From a virus, in IMG/VR virus record IMGVR_UViG_3300020596_000020, positions 1 through 64,000 of that record: a stretch of DNA of 64,000 bases. One strand, written 5' to 3'. The notes under the pieces are model-generated. The model worked only from the letters and a program-made list of their open reading frames with translations, was not told the DNA's origin and did no database searches. Below are positions 9,734 through 19,337 of this stretch, one piece after another. The translations under genes were made by a program, and so were the position numbers. The number at the start of each line of letters is the position of its first letter. The stretch's first letter is position 1.

Positions 9734-10542
9734 GTTTGAACTGCGGGTACGTACCAGACGGTGCGCCCATTCTTGTCCTTTTTGCGTTCTACCGGGTTGC
9801 CATGCGGATCGTGTGTCTTACCGTAGATCTCTAGAAAATCAACCTGATCTCCTCTGTTACCGTCCCCGTCATAAAAGTTCTCGAGAGTGGCTCCACCACG
9901 GGCATAGGACTCCTTCATCACTGTAGCAACAGTCTGACAGAGGCGAATCGTGTCGGCGTAGACGATGTCTCGATAGCTTTTCCACGGGTCAATCTTTGCG
10001 CGATACATTGTTTCTGCGCGAATGTAGTTGCCCACACCAGCAAAGACATTCTGATCGAGCATCACCTCACAGATTGGTGTGACTCGTCTCACGTATTTTG
10101 TTGCGCGAGCGAAGATCTTTCCGTAGCCACCAGGATCCTGTAAAGGATCCCAACCTAACTCATCCAACTTCGACGTTGCTTCACGAGTGTCGACAACTTT
10201 AAAGTTGCCGAAGCGACGTTGATCGATATAGTAAATCGGTATGATGCCACGTGTCGGCGGCCATTCGCAGCCGAGTTTGAGAGCCGCATGCTTACCATCA
10301 GCACGCGACCATAAGCCACTCATTCCAAGCGTTGAGACGGCCGAGATGTCTCCTTCAAAGTCAAGAACCATCACCTTGCCACGACAACGAACGTTGATGC
10401 ACTTCTTGTTTTGCAGCTCCGTGAGTCGTTCAATCGGTTGCTTGACGAAGCGGCCTGCGAAGTCGATGCTGCGGATGATACAGCCCTCAATGTTGCTCTT
10501 CAGCCAATCAGCGGTTTTTCGAACTTCAGGGCCTTCCGGCAA
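9730..10542 (-). CDS. Fpg/Nei DNA glycosylase with zincless finger
   Basis: MPEGPE N-terminus, LGMSG, DQRRFG, H2TH GVGNYIRAE; C-terminal finger lacks Cys; TTG start. Confidence 0.92.
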   Translation of the reverse strand: MPEGPEVRKTADWLKSNIEGCIIRSIDFAGRFVKQPIERLTELQNKKCINVRCRGKVMVLDFEGDISAVSTLGMSGLWSRADGKHAALKLGCEWPPTRGIIPIYYIDQRRFGNFKVVDTREATSKLDELGWDPLQDPGGYGKIFARATKYVRRVTPICEVMLDQNVFAGVGNYIRAETMYRAKIDPWKSYRDIVYADTIRLCQTVATVMKESYARGGATLENFYDGDGNRGDQVDFLEIYGKTHDPHGNPVERKKDKNGRTVWYVPAVQT

Positions 10543-10770
10543 AATAACACCTTTTCATGACGTTCAGTGTAGCGCGCTCGCGTAGCAACAACCCTCTTTT
10601 CATCCTTTGCGTTCGAGAGAAAGGTTCTCGAACATTCACGATACCCTATGTCAATGACAGTTAAAAAGAAGCTGCAGCCTATGAAGGCATAGTGTCTCGT
10701 TCTTCTATTTAGTGTCGGGCGTCTAAGCACGTCTAATTCAGCGCGTGAATGTCTCGACGAGCTGCTGAGA

Positions 10771-11031
10771 GTGCGACACAAGATTGGTACAGCGATGCTT
10801 GGCTCTAGTCTTTCGCAAAGAGAAATGGTGACGTATCTTGTCGAGAACTACGTGACTGTTATGTTGTCATTTATCGAGCTGATTAAGGTTACAGAGGATC
10901 CGAGTGTTGCGCATGCAATTGCTTTGAAGCAGCAACTCGAAGACTTGCGATATAAGCTCGAGGAGGTCACGAAGGATCTCTCCGAGCATGAGAGACGTTA
11001 CATGCACGAAGACAACGGAAACTTCTATTGA
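10771..11031 (+). CDS. Hypothetical coiled-coil protein
   Basis: First of a + strand run with overlapping stops and starts. Confidence 0.5.
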   Translation: MRHKIGTAMLGSSLSQREMVTYLVENYVTVMLSFIELIKVTEDPSVAHAIALKQQLEDLRYKLEEVTKDLSEHERRYMHEDNGNFY

Positions 11032-11267
11032 TGCGGAGTTGGCAAAACGGTCACTGGATCGAGATAGCGTCGCGCAATCGCTTCGACAGCCGCTCGGGCT
11101 TCTTCATCGCGAAGGCTCACGAAGCAGAGCTCATCTTCGACATGATCACGTTTACGATCATCAAGAACTGTTATGGTAGCTGCGATTTGACCTCTCAACA
11201 AGCCTACGACACGCTCACCGAGTGCATCGAATACGCTGACACACGCATCTTGTTACTCGTAGACTAA
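11028..11267 (+). CDS. Hypothetical protein
   Basis: 79 aa, overlaps upstream stop. Confidence 0.5.
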   Translation: MMRSWQNGHWIEIASRNRFDSRSGFFIAKAHEAELIFDMITFTIIKNCYGSCDLTSQQAYDTLTECIEYADTRILLLVD

Positions 11268-11279
11268 CGTAGTTGTATA

Positions 11280-11426
11280 ATGCAGACTTTCAAGTACATC
11301 CTTCAAGCGTTCGGCGCTACACTGTTCGTCGTTCTCCTCGTCATGTTCATCTGGTCGCTCTCACAGCCGCCGGTGATCGAGGGTCCCATGCCTCCGATGC
11401 CCGCTCTCAACAACCTGAGGAACTGA
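11280..11426 (+). CDS. Small membrane protein MQTFKYILQAFGATLFVVLL...
   Basis: Hand-translated 48 aa with one TM segment; TGATG coupling to next gene. Confidence 0.5.
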   Translation: MQTFKYILQAFGATLFVVLLVMFIWSLSQPPVIEGPMPPMPALNNLRN

Positions 11427-11578
11427 TGGAAACACAAGGTAAGAAAGAGATCCAAGAAGCCGTCATCACGGCGGCGCTCGTGACGGTCGCAACCGGAATT
11501 ATCGGCATTGGTTTCGAGCTCGTTAAGCGACGTCTCTTCAAGAAAGAAGAACCGAAGCCTACGTCGGACAAGAAGTGA
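11426..11578 (+). CDS. Small membrane protein METQGKKE...
   Basis: TM segment plus basic tail; coupled start. Confidence 0.55.
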   Translation: METQGKKEIQEAVITAALVTVATGIIGIGFELVKRRLFKKEEPKPTSDKK

Positions 11579-11907
11579 TCATCTATACAGTCACGGTCTT
11601 CAAACACTTCGACCAGTCACGAGAAGACTACGGCAAGAACAGACAACGTACTTGGGGTTACTACGTCACGTTCGAAGAAGCTGAGAAGTCCATCGTCAAC
11701 AACTGGGGTGACATGTTCGAGAACAATTACTATGACATGGCGCTTATCGAAAAAGTGCCTGAGGGTATCTGCATTTGCAGCGAGATGATCCAATGGTTCA
11801 AGGCGACGTTCATGCCGCATGTGCCAGGTCTCTACCGCGAGCCAGACGTTCAACGATGCGACGCACCTGCTTGGTGTGCTAGCACAGTTAATTGGTCGAT
11901 GGGCTAG
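11575..11907 (+). CDS. Hypothetical protein
   Basis: 110 aa, RTWGYY..EEA motif; overlaps upstream stop. Confidence 0.6.
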   Translation: MIIYTVTVFKHFDQSREDYGKNRQRTWGYYVTFEEAEKSIVNNWGDMFENNYYDMALIEKVPEGICICSEMIQWFKATFMPHVPGLYREPDVQRCDAPAWCASTVNWSMG

Positions 11908-12557
11908 CGCTCTCGACAGTCGTTGAACATCTCGATTTTGCAAGACCATACTCTGCAGAACTCACGTAGATCGTCTCGCTCCCAAGTAATCGGGGTCGTC
12001 GGGAACGTTGGCGCGTATGTTTGCATTAGCCCTAACTCAACATGCTCGAGTCCGATCGTGTGACCGAACTCGTGCGCGGCGACCCAAACAACCATCTCAG
12101 GCTCGTCGATCCTGTCGATGACGAGAAAGACCCAATGAATGCCGGGTTGCGTGAGCCCAAGCAGGTTCTCATCCTCATTGTTGAAGGCCGCTTTCATCGT
12201 AGAGCTGCGCACCGCCATCACAACGTTGTCGCCACGAATGGTCGCTCGCAGCAGGCCGGCTTGGTCGGGGATGAAGTCCCACACGATCGTCAACTTGACA
12301 AGCCCGCACGACGTGCGGTCGAGGTCAATTAGTGACTTCTCAATGCCTTCCTTGAAGATGAGGTCAAGATCTGCTTGACCGTGGAACATCGCAGTGATCA
12401 CAGGTGTCTTCGCCTTCCCGTACTGTGTGATCTCACCCCACCGTGAGCTAGCGGCGAACGCGTAAGATTGAGTTTGCGGTTTCGAAGGGCAAAACACGAC
12501 CCCCGCTACTAGCGCGACGATCAGCGCGCCGTAAGCTTTAACGTCGACCCAGCGCAC
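11904..12557 (-). CDS. Matrixin-like zinc metalloprotease with signal/TM segment
   Basis: HEFGHTIGLEH plus Met-turn (GLM). Confidence 0.8.
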   Translation of the reverse strand: MRWVDVKAYGALIVALVAGVVFCPSKPQTQSYAFAASSRWGEITQYGKAKTPVITAMFHGQADLDLIFKEGIEKSLIDLDRTSCGLVKLTIVWDFIPDQAGLLRATIRGDNVVMAVRSSTMKAAFNNEDENLLGLTQPGIHWVFLVIDRIDEPEMVVWVAAHEFGHTIGLEHVELGLMQTYAPTFPTTPITWERDDLREFCRVWSCKIEMFNDCRER

Positions 12558-13680
12558 GAAGCACGACCTCCATCATAATCTTGATGAAACCCATGATGAT
12601 CTCGACGATGCCACCGTTCGGGCGCACAACAACGTCAAGTGACGGTGGTGTCGAAGGAATAGACGGCTCCGAGGGAATCGGCGAAGACTCCGGGGTCGGC
12701 ACGACCGACAAGTCCTCCAAGACGACCCACGGCTGCAGGTCGGGTGTCATAAACACGGGGACAACAGGCACCGACGGCAACGGCGGCGAAGTAGGCGCAG
12801 TGACGGCCCAGGAGCGCGCGACGAGGCCAGCATACGTCGGCAGCTTCACACCGAACGCGCGCTCTACAAGAGGCATCTTGGCCGACCAACGGGCCTTCCA
12901 GACGTCGATGCCGCCGTTGACCACGACGTCTCGCAGAACCTCTAGACACCAATCGGGAGAGAACTTAGATTTGCTGTTGTTCTTGGCTATCTCGTAACGC
13001 TTGACAACAATCGCCGGCGCGTTGACCGCGTACGCGAGCAGCAGAGCTCGAGTCGCTCCAACATACCCATCGTCGACGACGTTCACGTTGAACAGCTCAG
13101 CACGTAGACTTCCCCACGTGAAATCAGACATCAAGCGACGCAGACAGTACTCGCTTTGAGCTTCGACCGCGCCTGGGATGTACCAGACGTTCGCCATACA
13201 AGCCGCCCACGTTTTGGCGCGATTCTTCTTACCTTCATTGAAACTGCCAAAGGTGTTGCCTTGAGCGTCGCCAAAGAAGAGCTCACGCTGCTGTCTAACA
13301 GTTGTGACCGGCTGAGCGTTTGTGCTGAAGCGCCAATCGTTGCCAACCTTCAAAAAGTTTGCGTTCGACAGATTGAGCGCCGGCTGCAGCGCCTCAAGCA
13401 AAGGTTCGAGCCCGCACTTCTCAGCGACCTCACCGAGCATGCGCGTGACGCCGAATTGCGGAGCCACATCGATGAACTGCATGGCGCCGACGCTGAGCAG
13501 GCCACTGTCGTACATGTTGATTGCATCATAATGTCCACCTTCGGCGGCTGCAGTTATGGAAAGTACTTTTTTGGCGAACGAATCGATTCGCTCGGCTATT
13601 GGTGTTTTGATTGTGCCACCAAAAAAAGGGCCTTCCTGCGAGTGATAGCGACCCCAGCCGATCTTCGCGACGACGATCAC
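12538..13680 (-). CDS. Lysozyme-like peptidoglycan hydrolase (endolysin candidate)
   Basis: AAEGGHYDAIN.YD.GLLSVGAMQF (E...GxxQ); Pro-rich linker; hydrophobic C-terminal helix. Confidence 0.6.
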   Translation of the reverse strand: MIVVAKIGWGRYHSQEGPFFGGTIKTPIAERIDSFAKKVLSITAAAEGGHYDAINMYDSGLLSVGAMQFIDVAPQFGVTRMLGEVAEKCGLEPLLEALQPALNLSNANFLKVGNDWRFSTNAQPVTTVRQQRELFFGDAQGNTFGSFNEGKKNRAKTWAACMANVWYIPGAVEAQSEYCLRRLMSDFTWGSLRAELFNVNVVDDGYVGATRALLLAYAVNAPAIVVKRYEIAKNNSKSKFSPDWCLEVLRDVVVNGGIDVWKARWSAKMPLVERAFGVKLPTYAGLVARSWAVTAPTSPPLPSVPVVPVFMTPDLQPWVVLEDLSVVPTPESSPIPSEPSIPSTPPSLDVVVRPNGGIVEIIMGFIKIMMEVVLRALGRR

Positions 13681-14192
13681 AGTTTCACCGCCGTGTTCTT
13701 GACATCGTTCTTGCAGTGCAAGTAACCTTGCGTGAACGAGGCTGGATCAGCGACCTGACCGGCGGCCCGCCGAGCGGCGACTTCGAACGCGTTGTCGTTG
13801 TACAGCTTCTCGCCAGCGCAGTAGCTGATGAACGAGGAGGCCGCATAAAGAATCGGCTGGAGGAAGCCGAGCGTATGCATTTGATGAACGTGGTGTAACT
13901 CATGATTGAGCGTGATGAGCCCATTCTGAGCGGCACGCTTGAGCACGACCGTTGAGCCAACGCAATGACCAGCCCAGTTCCGCCAGTACTTGTTGACGAA
14001 GTCAGGCGCCTTGTCAGCATTGAGTGTGAACACGAGGCCAATACCCAACGGGCTCTTGTCAGCTGGGGCAGTCTCGACCCCATGATAGCTGTACCACCCA
14101 AGCGCCCAGAATGGCAGTAGATAGAAGAGGCCAGTCAAGACGGTGACAGGCGCGGCGAAGACGATCCCAAGATACAGACGTGCGCGGCTCAT
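13677..14192 (-). CDS. Membrane-anchored HExxH metallopeptidase
   Basis: N-terminal TM, HELHHVHQ, downstream N.FEVAA third ligand; TAACTTA 6 nt upstream. Confidence 0.7.
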   Translation of the reverse strand: MSRARLYLGIVFAAPVTVLTGLFYLLPFWALGWYSYHGVETAPADKSPLGIGLVFTLNADKAPDFVNKYWRNWAGHCVGSTVVLKRAAQNGLITLNHELHHVHQMHTLGFLQPILYAASSFISYCAGEKLYNDNAFEVAARRAAGQVADPASFTQGYLHCKNDVKNTAVKL

Positions 14193-14340
14193 GTCGCTTA
14201 AGTTAGCGTCGCTTCAGATCTCGTGCGTGCGTCGCGCGAATTATTGAACGTCCCTAATCAGATTCACACGAACGATGCGCGTCTCACCGATATCAAGATC
14301 CATATTCAGGTGATAGAGCGACGTTCGACATGTTACAAAA

Positions 14341-14715
14341 TTAGAAGAACTTGTACATCTCCGTCCACTCCTGCATCTGCACGTAACGTTGCCCGAAAGA
14401 CACGCCGTCCGCGTTCTTTGTTAGGTCGAAGATCCACCAGCCGTCGCAGCGACGAGACAGCTCCATGAGACCATGTTGCTGACTCATTGACAAACCAGCG
14501 CCGTATGATCTCCCCTCGAACGCTGCGGCGAAGAGAGAGTACTCCAGACTGACTTCCCAGCCAGCACAATATTCCTCTTCGCTAATTTCACTCATCAAGG
14601 CGGCGAGCTCCAACGCAGCCGAGAAGTCGGGACAGTCAGCAGCAGAAAGCTTGCTGTGTGACATGTGCATGCCCCAGAAATCATTCACATCGCACTCTCT
14701 GACCCATTCGCTCAT
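14341..14715 (-). CDS. Hypothetical protein
   Basis: 124 aa, MSEISEEEYCAGW..LEY.L; TAAAAT 6 nt upstream. Confidence 0.65.
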   Translation of the reverse strand: MSEWVRECDVNDFWGMHMSHSKLSAADCPDFSAALELAALMSEISEEEYCAGWEVSLEYSLFAAAFEGRSYGAGLSMSQQHGLMELSRRCDGWWIFDLTKNADGVSFGQRYVQMQEWTEMYKFF

Positions 14716-14854
14716 ACAGGCATTTTATCAGATATCAGGGAGATTGCGAACCGTCTCAGTTACACTCGGTCCGACCATTAACTGCTCGTCGGTCAACGAT
14801 CTACTCGTAATCTCTAACACACATAAGCTGCGAACTTTGATACCCTGTCATAAC

Positions 14855-15082
14855 TCAGCTCTTGGAATGTGAAGATGACGGCGCGGCGCACTCTTCGCAC
14901 TCGGCGTAATGACCATCCGATTGCTTTGCCGAACTACTTTTGTCAACTACGAACCAGAAGAACGGAGCGCCTCGCCAAAAGCGGATACCCCACGAGCGAA
15001 ACTTACCTTGTCGTTGGCCGTTGCAGTAACCGAGGTGCTTCCACCACGAGCGAATGCGAGCGGTCACTCTGCAGCGGCTCAC
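14855..15082 (-). CDS. Hypothetical protein, Trp-rich with CxxC
   Basis: 75 aa ORF; start uncertain. Confidence 0.4.
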   Translation of the reverse strand: MSRCRVTARIRSWWKHLGYCNGQRQGKFRSWGIRFWRGAPFFWFVVDKSSSAKQSDGHYAECEECAAPSSSHSKS

Positions 15083-15104
15083 GTGCCGCCTCCTCTCACC
15101 GTCG

Positions 15105-15392
15105 TCACGTCATCTCTCCCTTACTGACTGCGCCGGCCGGCTGCGCCGCGAGGCATGCGGGGTGGTTGCGTCGGCACCCGCGACGTCCCCCGCAGGTTTC
15201 GTAGCCACCCTCGTGATGGTCCGAATGACAGTGCTCGCAGAAGGACACGACGCCCCCACAAGGAACCCCAACCGAGCGATCGAACGGAGCGAAGCATTCG
15301 TGCCTGTTCGCTCCGTACATCGTCTCGGTCGGCGTGAAGTTGTCGCATGGTTGGCAGTGCTCAGCGCTCGCGTTCCATGAATCGGTCATCAC
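15105..15392 (-). CDS. Small Cys/His-rich metal-binding protein
   Basis: CQPC, CEHCHSDHHEGG. Confidence 0.55.
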   Translation of the reverse strand: MMTDSWNASAEHCQPCDNFTPTETMYGANRHECFAPFDRSVGVPCGGVVSFCEHCHSDHHEGGYETCGGRRGCRRNHPACLAAQPAGAVSKGEMT

Positions 15393-15568
15393 TTGGTCGC
15401 CTCGCGCTGCCGTCCGTTCGCCAAGTCACGCTCGTACGCCGTCCGGCACGACTTCGCGATGGCCTCCAACCATGTGACTTGCCGAACGTCGTCGTCGTCG
15501 TCGAGCAAGTTCTCGCCCCACCCATTCAGAGAGAGTCGAGCTAATCGCCTGAATGTCGGGGCGGTCAT
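15389..15568 (-). CDS. Hypothetical protein
   Basis: Start reassigned to MTAPTF by ATGA overlap. Confidence 0.45.
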   Translation of the reverse strand: MTAPTFRRLARLSLNGWGENLLDDDDDVRQVTWLEAIAKSCRTAYERDLANGRQREATK

Positions 15569-16305
15569 GTCATCACCTTCGCGCGATCCAGAAACCACTG
15601 CGCGATCACCGCAGCCACGTACGCCGCACTCGTGTTGGTGAGCGGCGTGTCGCCCTTCGAGATCTGGAGAAACCAGCGCTCGGCCGGACGAGAGCCGTCC
15701 GGGAGCAGGTCGAGCGTGAGAGATGTGTAATGCTCGTGACGAAGATGCGCGATCGTGCCGACGAGGCACGTACACTCGCCTTCGTAGTGCGCGCCGTCGA
15801 CCGTGCCAGCCCAGAGCGCAGCGAGCAGGCCGGGTACCTCGTTCGGTGCCGCGTCGAGGATCTTACGGAGATCCTCGCGGACCGGCTTGAGATAGTCGAT
15901 CCCCACAGGGACGCCCCGGGCGCGGAACAGATTGGCGCCGCTGATGTCGACGCCGATGAGGTCGGCGCCGCAAAAATTAGCGCCATCAAGGCTTGCGTCT
16001 CGTAGGTTGGCGTCTCGTAGGTTGGCGTCTCGTAGGTTGGCGTCTCGTAGATCGACGCCGTAGAGGTTAGCGCCGCGGAGGTCTGCGCAGTAGAGGTTAG
16101 TGCCGTAGAGGTTAGCGCGGAGGAGATTGGCGCCGCGGAGGCGTGCGCTGCGGAGGTCGGCGTAGCGGAGGTCGGCATCGCGAAGGTCGACGCCGTAGAG
16201 GTTAGCGTCGCGGAGGCGTGCGTCTCGGAGGTCGGCGTTGCGCAGCGTGTCGACCTCCGCCGAGTACAGGATGGCGCCAGCGATGCTCTTGATCTCGATG
16301 GTCAT
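15565..16305 (-). CDS. Pentapeptide repeat protein with C-terminal domain
   Basis: About 20 A(D/N)Lxx pentapeptides; 15-nt tandem DNA repeats near 15996-16048; C-terminal CTCLVGTIA. Confidence 0.9.
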   Translation of the reverse strand: MTIEIKSIAGAILYSAEVDTLRNADLRDARLRDANLYGVDLRDADLRYADLRSARLRGANLLRANLYGTNLYCADLRGANLYGVDLRDANLRDANLRDANLRDASLDGANFCGADLIGVDISGANLFRARGVPVGIDYLKPVREDLRKILDAAPNEVPGLLAALWAGTVDGAHYEGECTCLVGTIAHLRHEHYTSLTLDLLPDGSRPAERWFLQISKGDTPLTNTSAAYVAAVIAQWFLDRAKVMT

Positions 16306-16550
16306 TTCGCCTCCCACTCGAGACACTCGACGATGGTGAGATCAATAGGATCGTCAACCCATCCGTGGTCACCTGAAGTTGCGTAATGAGCTTGGTACGT
16401 GTCATACGCGTGTTGACGACGCTTCTTGACACATTTTGGGTCAGCGAGTGGCTCAGAGTTGTTCGCCTGCGCCGGCCTTGTGTCGATGCGTGCAGTATAC
16501 AGGAACACGGCGAGAGCCATGCCCACGAAAATCCAGATAAACTTGCTCAT
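16302..16550 (-). CDS. Small secreted/membrane protein
   Basis: MSKFIWIFVGMALAV N-terminal TM; ATGA overlap. Confidence 0.55.
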   Translation of the reverse strand: MSKFIWIFVGMALAVFLYTARIDTRPAQANNSEPLADPKCVKKRRQHAYDTYQAHYATSGDHGWVDDPIDLTIVECLEWEAK

Positions 16551-16608
16551 TTGCGACAGGGTGACCAGACGGGTTGAACGTTGACAAACTCGTAGGACTA
16601 TTCTAAGC

Positions 16609-17793
16609 TCACTCACAGCTTCGTACACGCAGGAAAGCTGCGAACTTCGGGACGCCATCATCGCTCAGCTCTTGAAATGAGAAGGTGACCGTCGAGCCGA
16701 TCGGCGGCGGGTCTCGACGGTCGGCGTCGTTGAGACCGGTCCCAAGTTTGAACTCCTTGCCGTTCTTCAAACGAACCTCGAGTGCGCCGACGACACCCTT
16801 GTGACGGCCTTTGCCGGGCGAGTATCCGATGACGACCGCCTCGTCGTCGTGAAACTGCTTGACCTTCAGTAAGGTGTAGGACCGCCCAGCCTCGTACAGC
16901 GAGCCCGACTGACGAAGCATGAGACCTTCACCCTTCTGTTCGAGCACGGCTCGAAGATTCGCCTTGAGATGCTCAATGGTGAGGATCTGTCGTTGGTCAA
17001 CGACGTGAATGTTATCGTTCTCCGTGACGTTGTCCTTGAGCCACTGCATCCGTTGCTCGAAGACGAGTGTGGGGTGCGGGGCGTCGTAGATCATGTATCG
17101 CACGTCGTGCCAACGGTCGTCGGCTTCGAGTCGCTTGACGACGCTGATCGTCTGCTGGAACTTCCCGCGACCCATCCAAAGCTCACCGTCAAGCACGACG
17201 CCCCTGGGTAGAAGGGCTTTGAACCAGGCGGGGGCGTGATAGATGTTCCCTTGACGAGAGATCAGATTCTCTCCATCGAAGTAGCACCGGACCCCGTCCA
17301 TTTTCTCAGAGAACCACCAGCCGACCGGGTTGACGTCACCCTCGTACTTGTGAGCAAGCAGCACCGGTGGCCCGTTCAGTTGCGCCTTCTCGTCCGGGCG
17401 CAGCTTGCGACCCTGCTCTTTTGCGCGGTTGAGAATGATGTTTTGGTCGATGCCCTTCGCCTCCGCGATGGTCTGCCCCTTGACGATCTTCCGTATCTCG
17501 ACATTGGAGTCGATCGGCGCCGCGGCAAGGATCCCATCCTCAGGGATGCCGCCTCCAGCATCTGCCCAAGCAAGCACCTCAGCGCGGTTTAGTTTGTCGA
17601 GCCTTGCGTCCTCGTGCGCGCTGCCGAGATGAACTCGCAAGTGTTTGCAAGTTCTCTGGTCGATGGCGACTCCTTGGTTCTTCCAAGCTGGACATGAGCA
17701 GCTGTAGACGCCACCGGTATTTTTCAGCTCGTACGGTTTCTTACCGGAGCCCTGGATGTACGCGATCTCGCCGTCTTTCAGAGTATTCGCCAT
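16609..17793 (-). CDS. ATP-dependent DNA ligase with N-terminal SWIM zinc finger
   Basis: CSCPAW...CKH; motif I EKMDG, LDGELW, EGLMLR, LLKVK, OB domain. Confidence 0.93.
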   Translation of the reverse strand: MANTLKDGEIAYIQGSGKKPYELKNTGGVYSCSCPAWKNQGVAIDQRTCKHLRVHLGSAHEDARLDKLNRAEVLAWADAGGGIPEDGILAAAPIDSNVEIRKIVKGQTIAEAKGIDQNIILNRAKEQGRKLRPDEKAQLNGPPVLLAHKYEGDVNPVGWWFSEKMDGVRCYFDGENLISRQGNIYHAPAWFKALLPRGVVLDGELWMGRGKFQQTISVVKRLEADDRWHDVRYMIYDAPHPTLVFEQRMQWLKDNVTENDNIHVVDQRQILTIEHLKANLRAVLEQKGEGLMLRQSGSLYEAGRSYTLLKVKQFHDDEAVVIGYSPGKGRHKGVVGALEVRLKNGKEFKLGTGLNDADRRDPPPIGSTVTFSFQELSDDGVPKFAAFLRVRSCE

Positions 17794-17794
17794 G

Positions 17795-18019
17795 TCATAC
17801 GCCTTCCGGGACTTCGATGAGATAGAGACCATCCAGTTGAGCAGAGAACAGGCAGCTCATCAGATTCTTGATGACGTACGAGCGTGCTTCTTTGTAACGC
17901 TCGACCGACAGACCTGGCGTCTCAAGCACGCCGAGTCGAGCGAGAATGCGCAGCGCGTCGCCGTACACGGGCGAGGTCGGCGGCAGGTCTTGCAGAACCG
18001 CTGTCAGTTTGTCGTTCAT
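17795..18019 (-). CDS. Hypothetical protein
   Basis: 74 aa; TAGAGT 6 nt upstream. Confidence 0.55.
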   Translation of the reverse strand: MNDKLTAVLQDLPPTSPVYGDALRILARLGVLETPGLSVERYKEARSYVIKNLMSCLFSAQLDGLYLIEVPEGV

Positions 18020-18057
18020 GAAACCACTCTACCAGAGTTAGGCAAAAGAAGAACTCT

Positions 18058-18309
18058 TCATGCTGGTTGACGACTCATGAATACAACGAGACCGAGCATC
18101 CACCATTCGATGAACTGTTGAGGGTGGAACCAGAACGATTCTTCAACACTGGATTTCTGCCAGATTGTTTGAATCGTCTCGTCAGGCCATAAGCTTTCAA
18201 TATAGATGATCTGTTCTGTGTTGCCTGATTCTTTGATACGATCAATCAATTCAAACAGCTTCCAAGAAGCTGTCACCGATCGCTCATCCATATAGTCGAG
18301 AAGTATCAT
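18058..18309 (-). CDS. Hypothetical protein
   Basis: 83 aa AT-rich ORF. Confidence 0.45.
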   Translation of the reverse strand: MILLDYMDERSVTASWKLFELIDRIKESGNTEQIIYIESLWPDETIQTIWQKSSVEESFWFHPQQFIEWWMLGLVVFMSRQPA

Positions 18310-18425
18310 TTTTCCAAAGGTAGATGCGAATGCACTCTCGCATCATGTTATGGATCTCGAGCACTTTCGGCTCGAACCGAAGTCACCATACTCACGCCCG
18401 CCGGAATCGAATCGGACCTCCATCA

Positions 18426-18890
18426 TCACCTCTTCCGTTTCGGGCGGTAGGCCTTTCGCGCCGCAATGAAGCCTTCCACAAAACTCCGCATGATACTGTG
18501 GTCGCTGCGAGGGATCTTGTCCTCATTGGGGTCCCTCATCGTCGAGTAGTTCCGGATAACCATGAGGTTGTAGTTGCCGCGGTCGTAGTGATTGATGTGC
18601 TTCTGGGCGAACAGATTGTAGAAGGGGAACTTCTTCAAGAACTGCCCTTGAAGACGACCAATCTCGTCTTCGTCGAGGTCGGCGCACCAGCTCATCAAGC
18701 TGAACGCTGGCATCATCGTCGCCTTGCTGATATCGTAGAAGCTGCTGTCTTCCTTGACCTTGTCGCCGAAGACGGCTCGCTTCTCGAGCTCAACGAGCTC
18801 GTTGCGATACTTCTGATCAAGCTCTTCTCGCACAGTCTCGAACGCTCGCTTGGTTTGCTCGTCGACATTCGTGTACTTGATGCTCATCAC
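18426..18890 (-). CDS. Hypothetical protein
   Basis: 154 aa, coupled to upstream gene. Confidence 0.65.
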   Translation of the reverse strand: MMSIKYTNVDEQTKRAFETVREELDQKYRNELVELEKRAVFGDKVKEDSSFYDISKATMMPAFSLMSWCADLDEDEIGRLQGQFLKKFPFYNLFAQKHINHYDRGNYNLMVIRNYSTMRDPNEDKIPRSDHSIMRSFVEGFIAARKAYRPKRKR

Positions 18891-19111
18891 CGACCTCCTC
18901 CAGGCCCGTACTTCTCCACGTCTTCAAGCTCCTGCACGAGCCCGGCAAGACGGTTCGCCTGCACGGCCAAAGTCATCACGTCACTAATATGTGTGTTCAA
19001 GTCGGAGTGGGCACCGTCGCGGCACTTGCGCAGTGTCTCGGCGCGAATGAGGAGATTGTCGACAGCTTCGTTGCGCTGCTTGATACGATGCTGGAGGAGG
19101 GTTTCTTTCAC
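18887..19111 (-). CDS. Hypothetical coiled-coil protein
   Basis: 74 aa, 4-nt overlaps at both ends. Confidence 0.55.
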   Translation of the reverse strand: MKETLLQHRIKQRNEAVDNLLIRAETLRKCRDGAHSDLNTHISDVMTLAVQANRLAGLVQELEDVEKYGPGGGR

Positions 19112-19296
19112 AAGTCACCTCGAGAAAGACATTGCACGACCCTAATTGTGAAGATCGCTGGCCTGGCCAAGACGACGAAGATACTCAAGATCACTGAGAA
19201 AATGTCCACCCACTTGTCGAAGATTATTCTGCGACTCGCAATGACACAAAGAATGCCAACTGTCATGTAGAGTACAACGAGGTGCGCAATGTTCAT
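19108..19296 (-). CDS. Small two-TM membrane protein
   Basis: Hydrophobic 62 aa; TAGAGT 7 nt upstream. Confidence 0.55.
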   Translation of the reverse strand: MNIAHLVVLYMTVGILCVIASRRIIFDKWVDIFSVILSIFVVLARPAIFTIRVVQCLSRGDL

Positions 19297-19337
19297 GGAA
19301 AGAACTCTAATATCTCTGAGAGGGAAAAGATCTCTTC

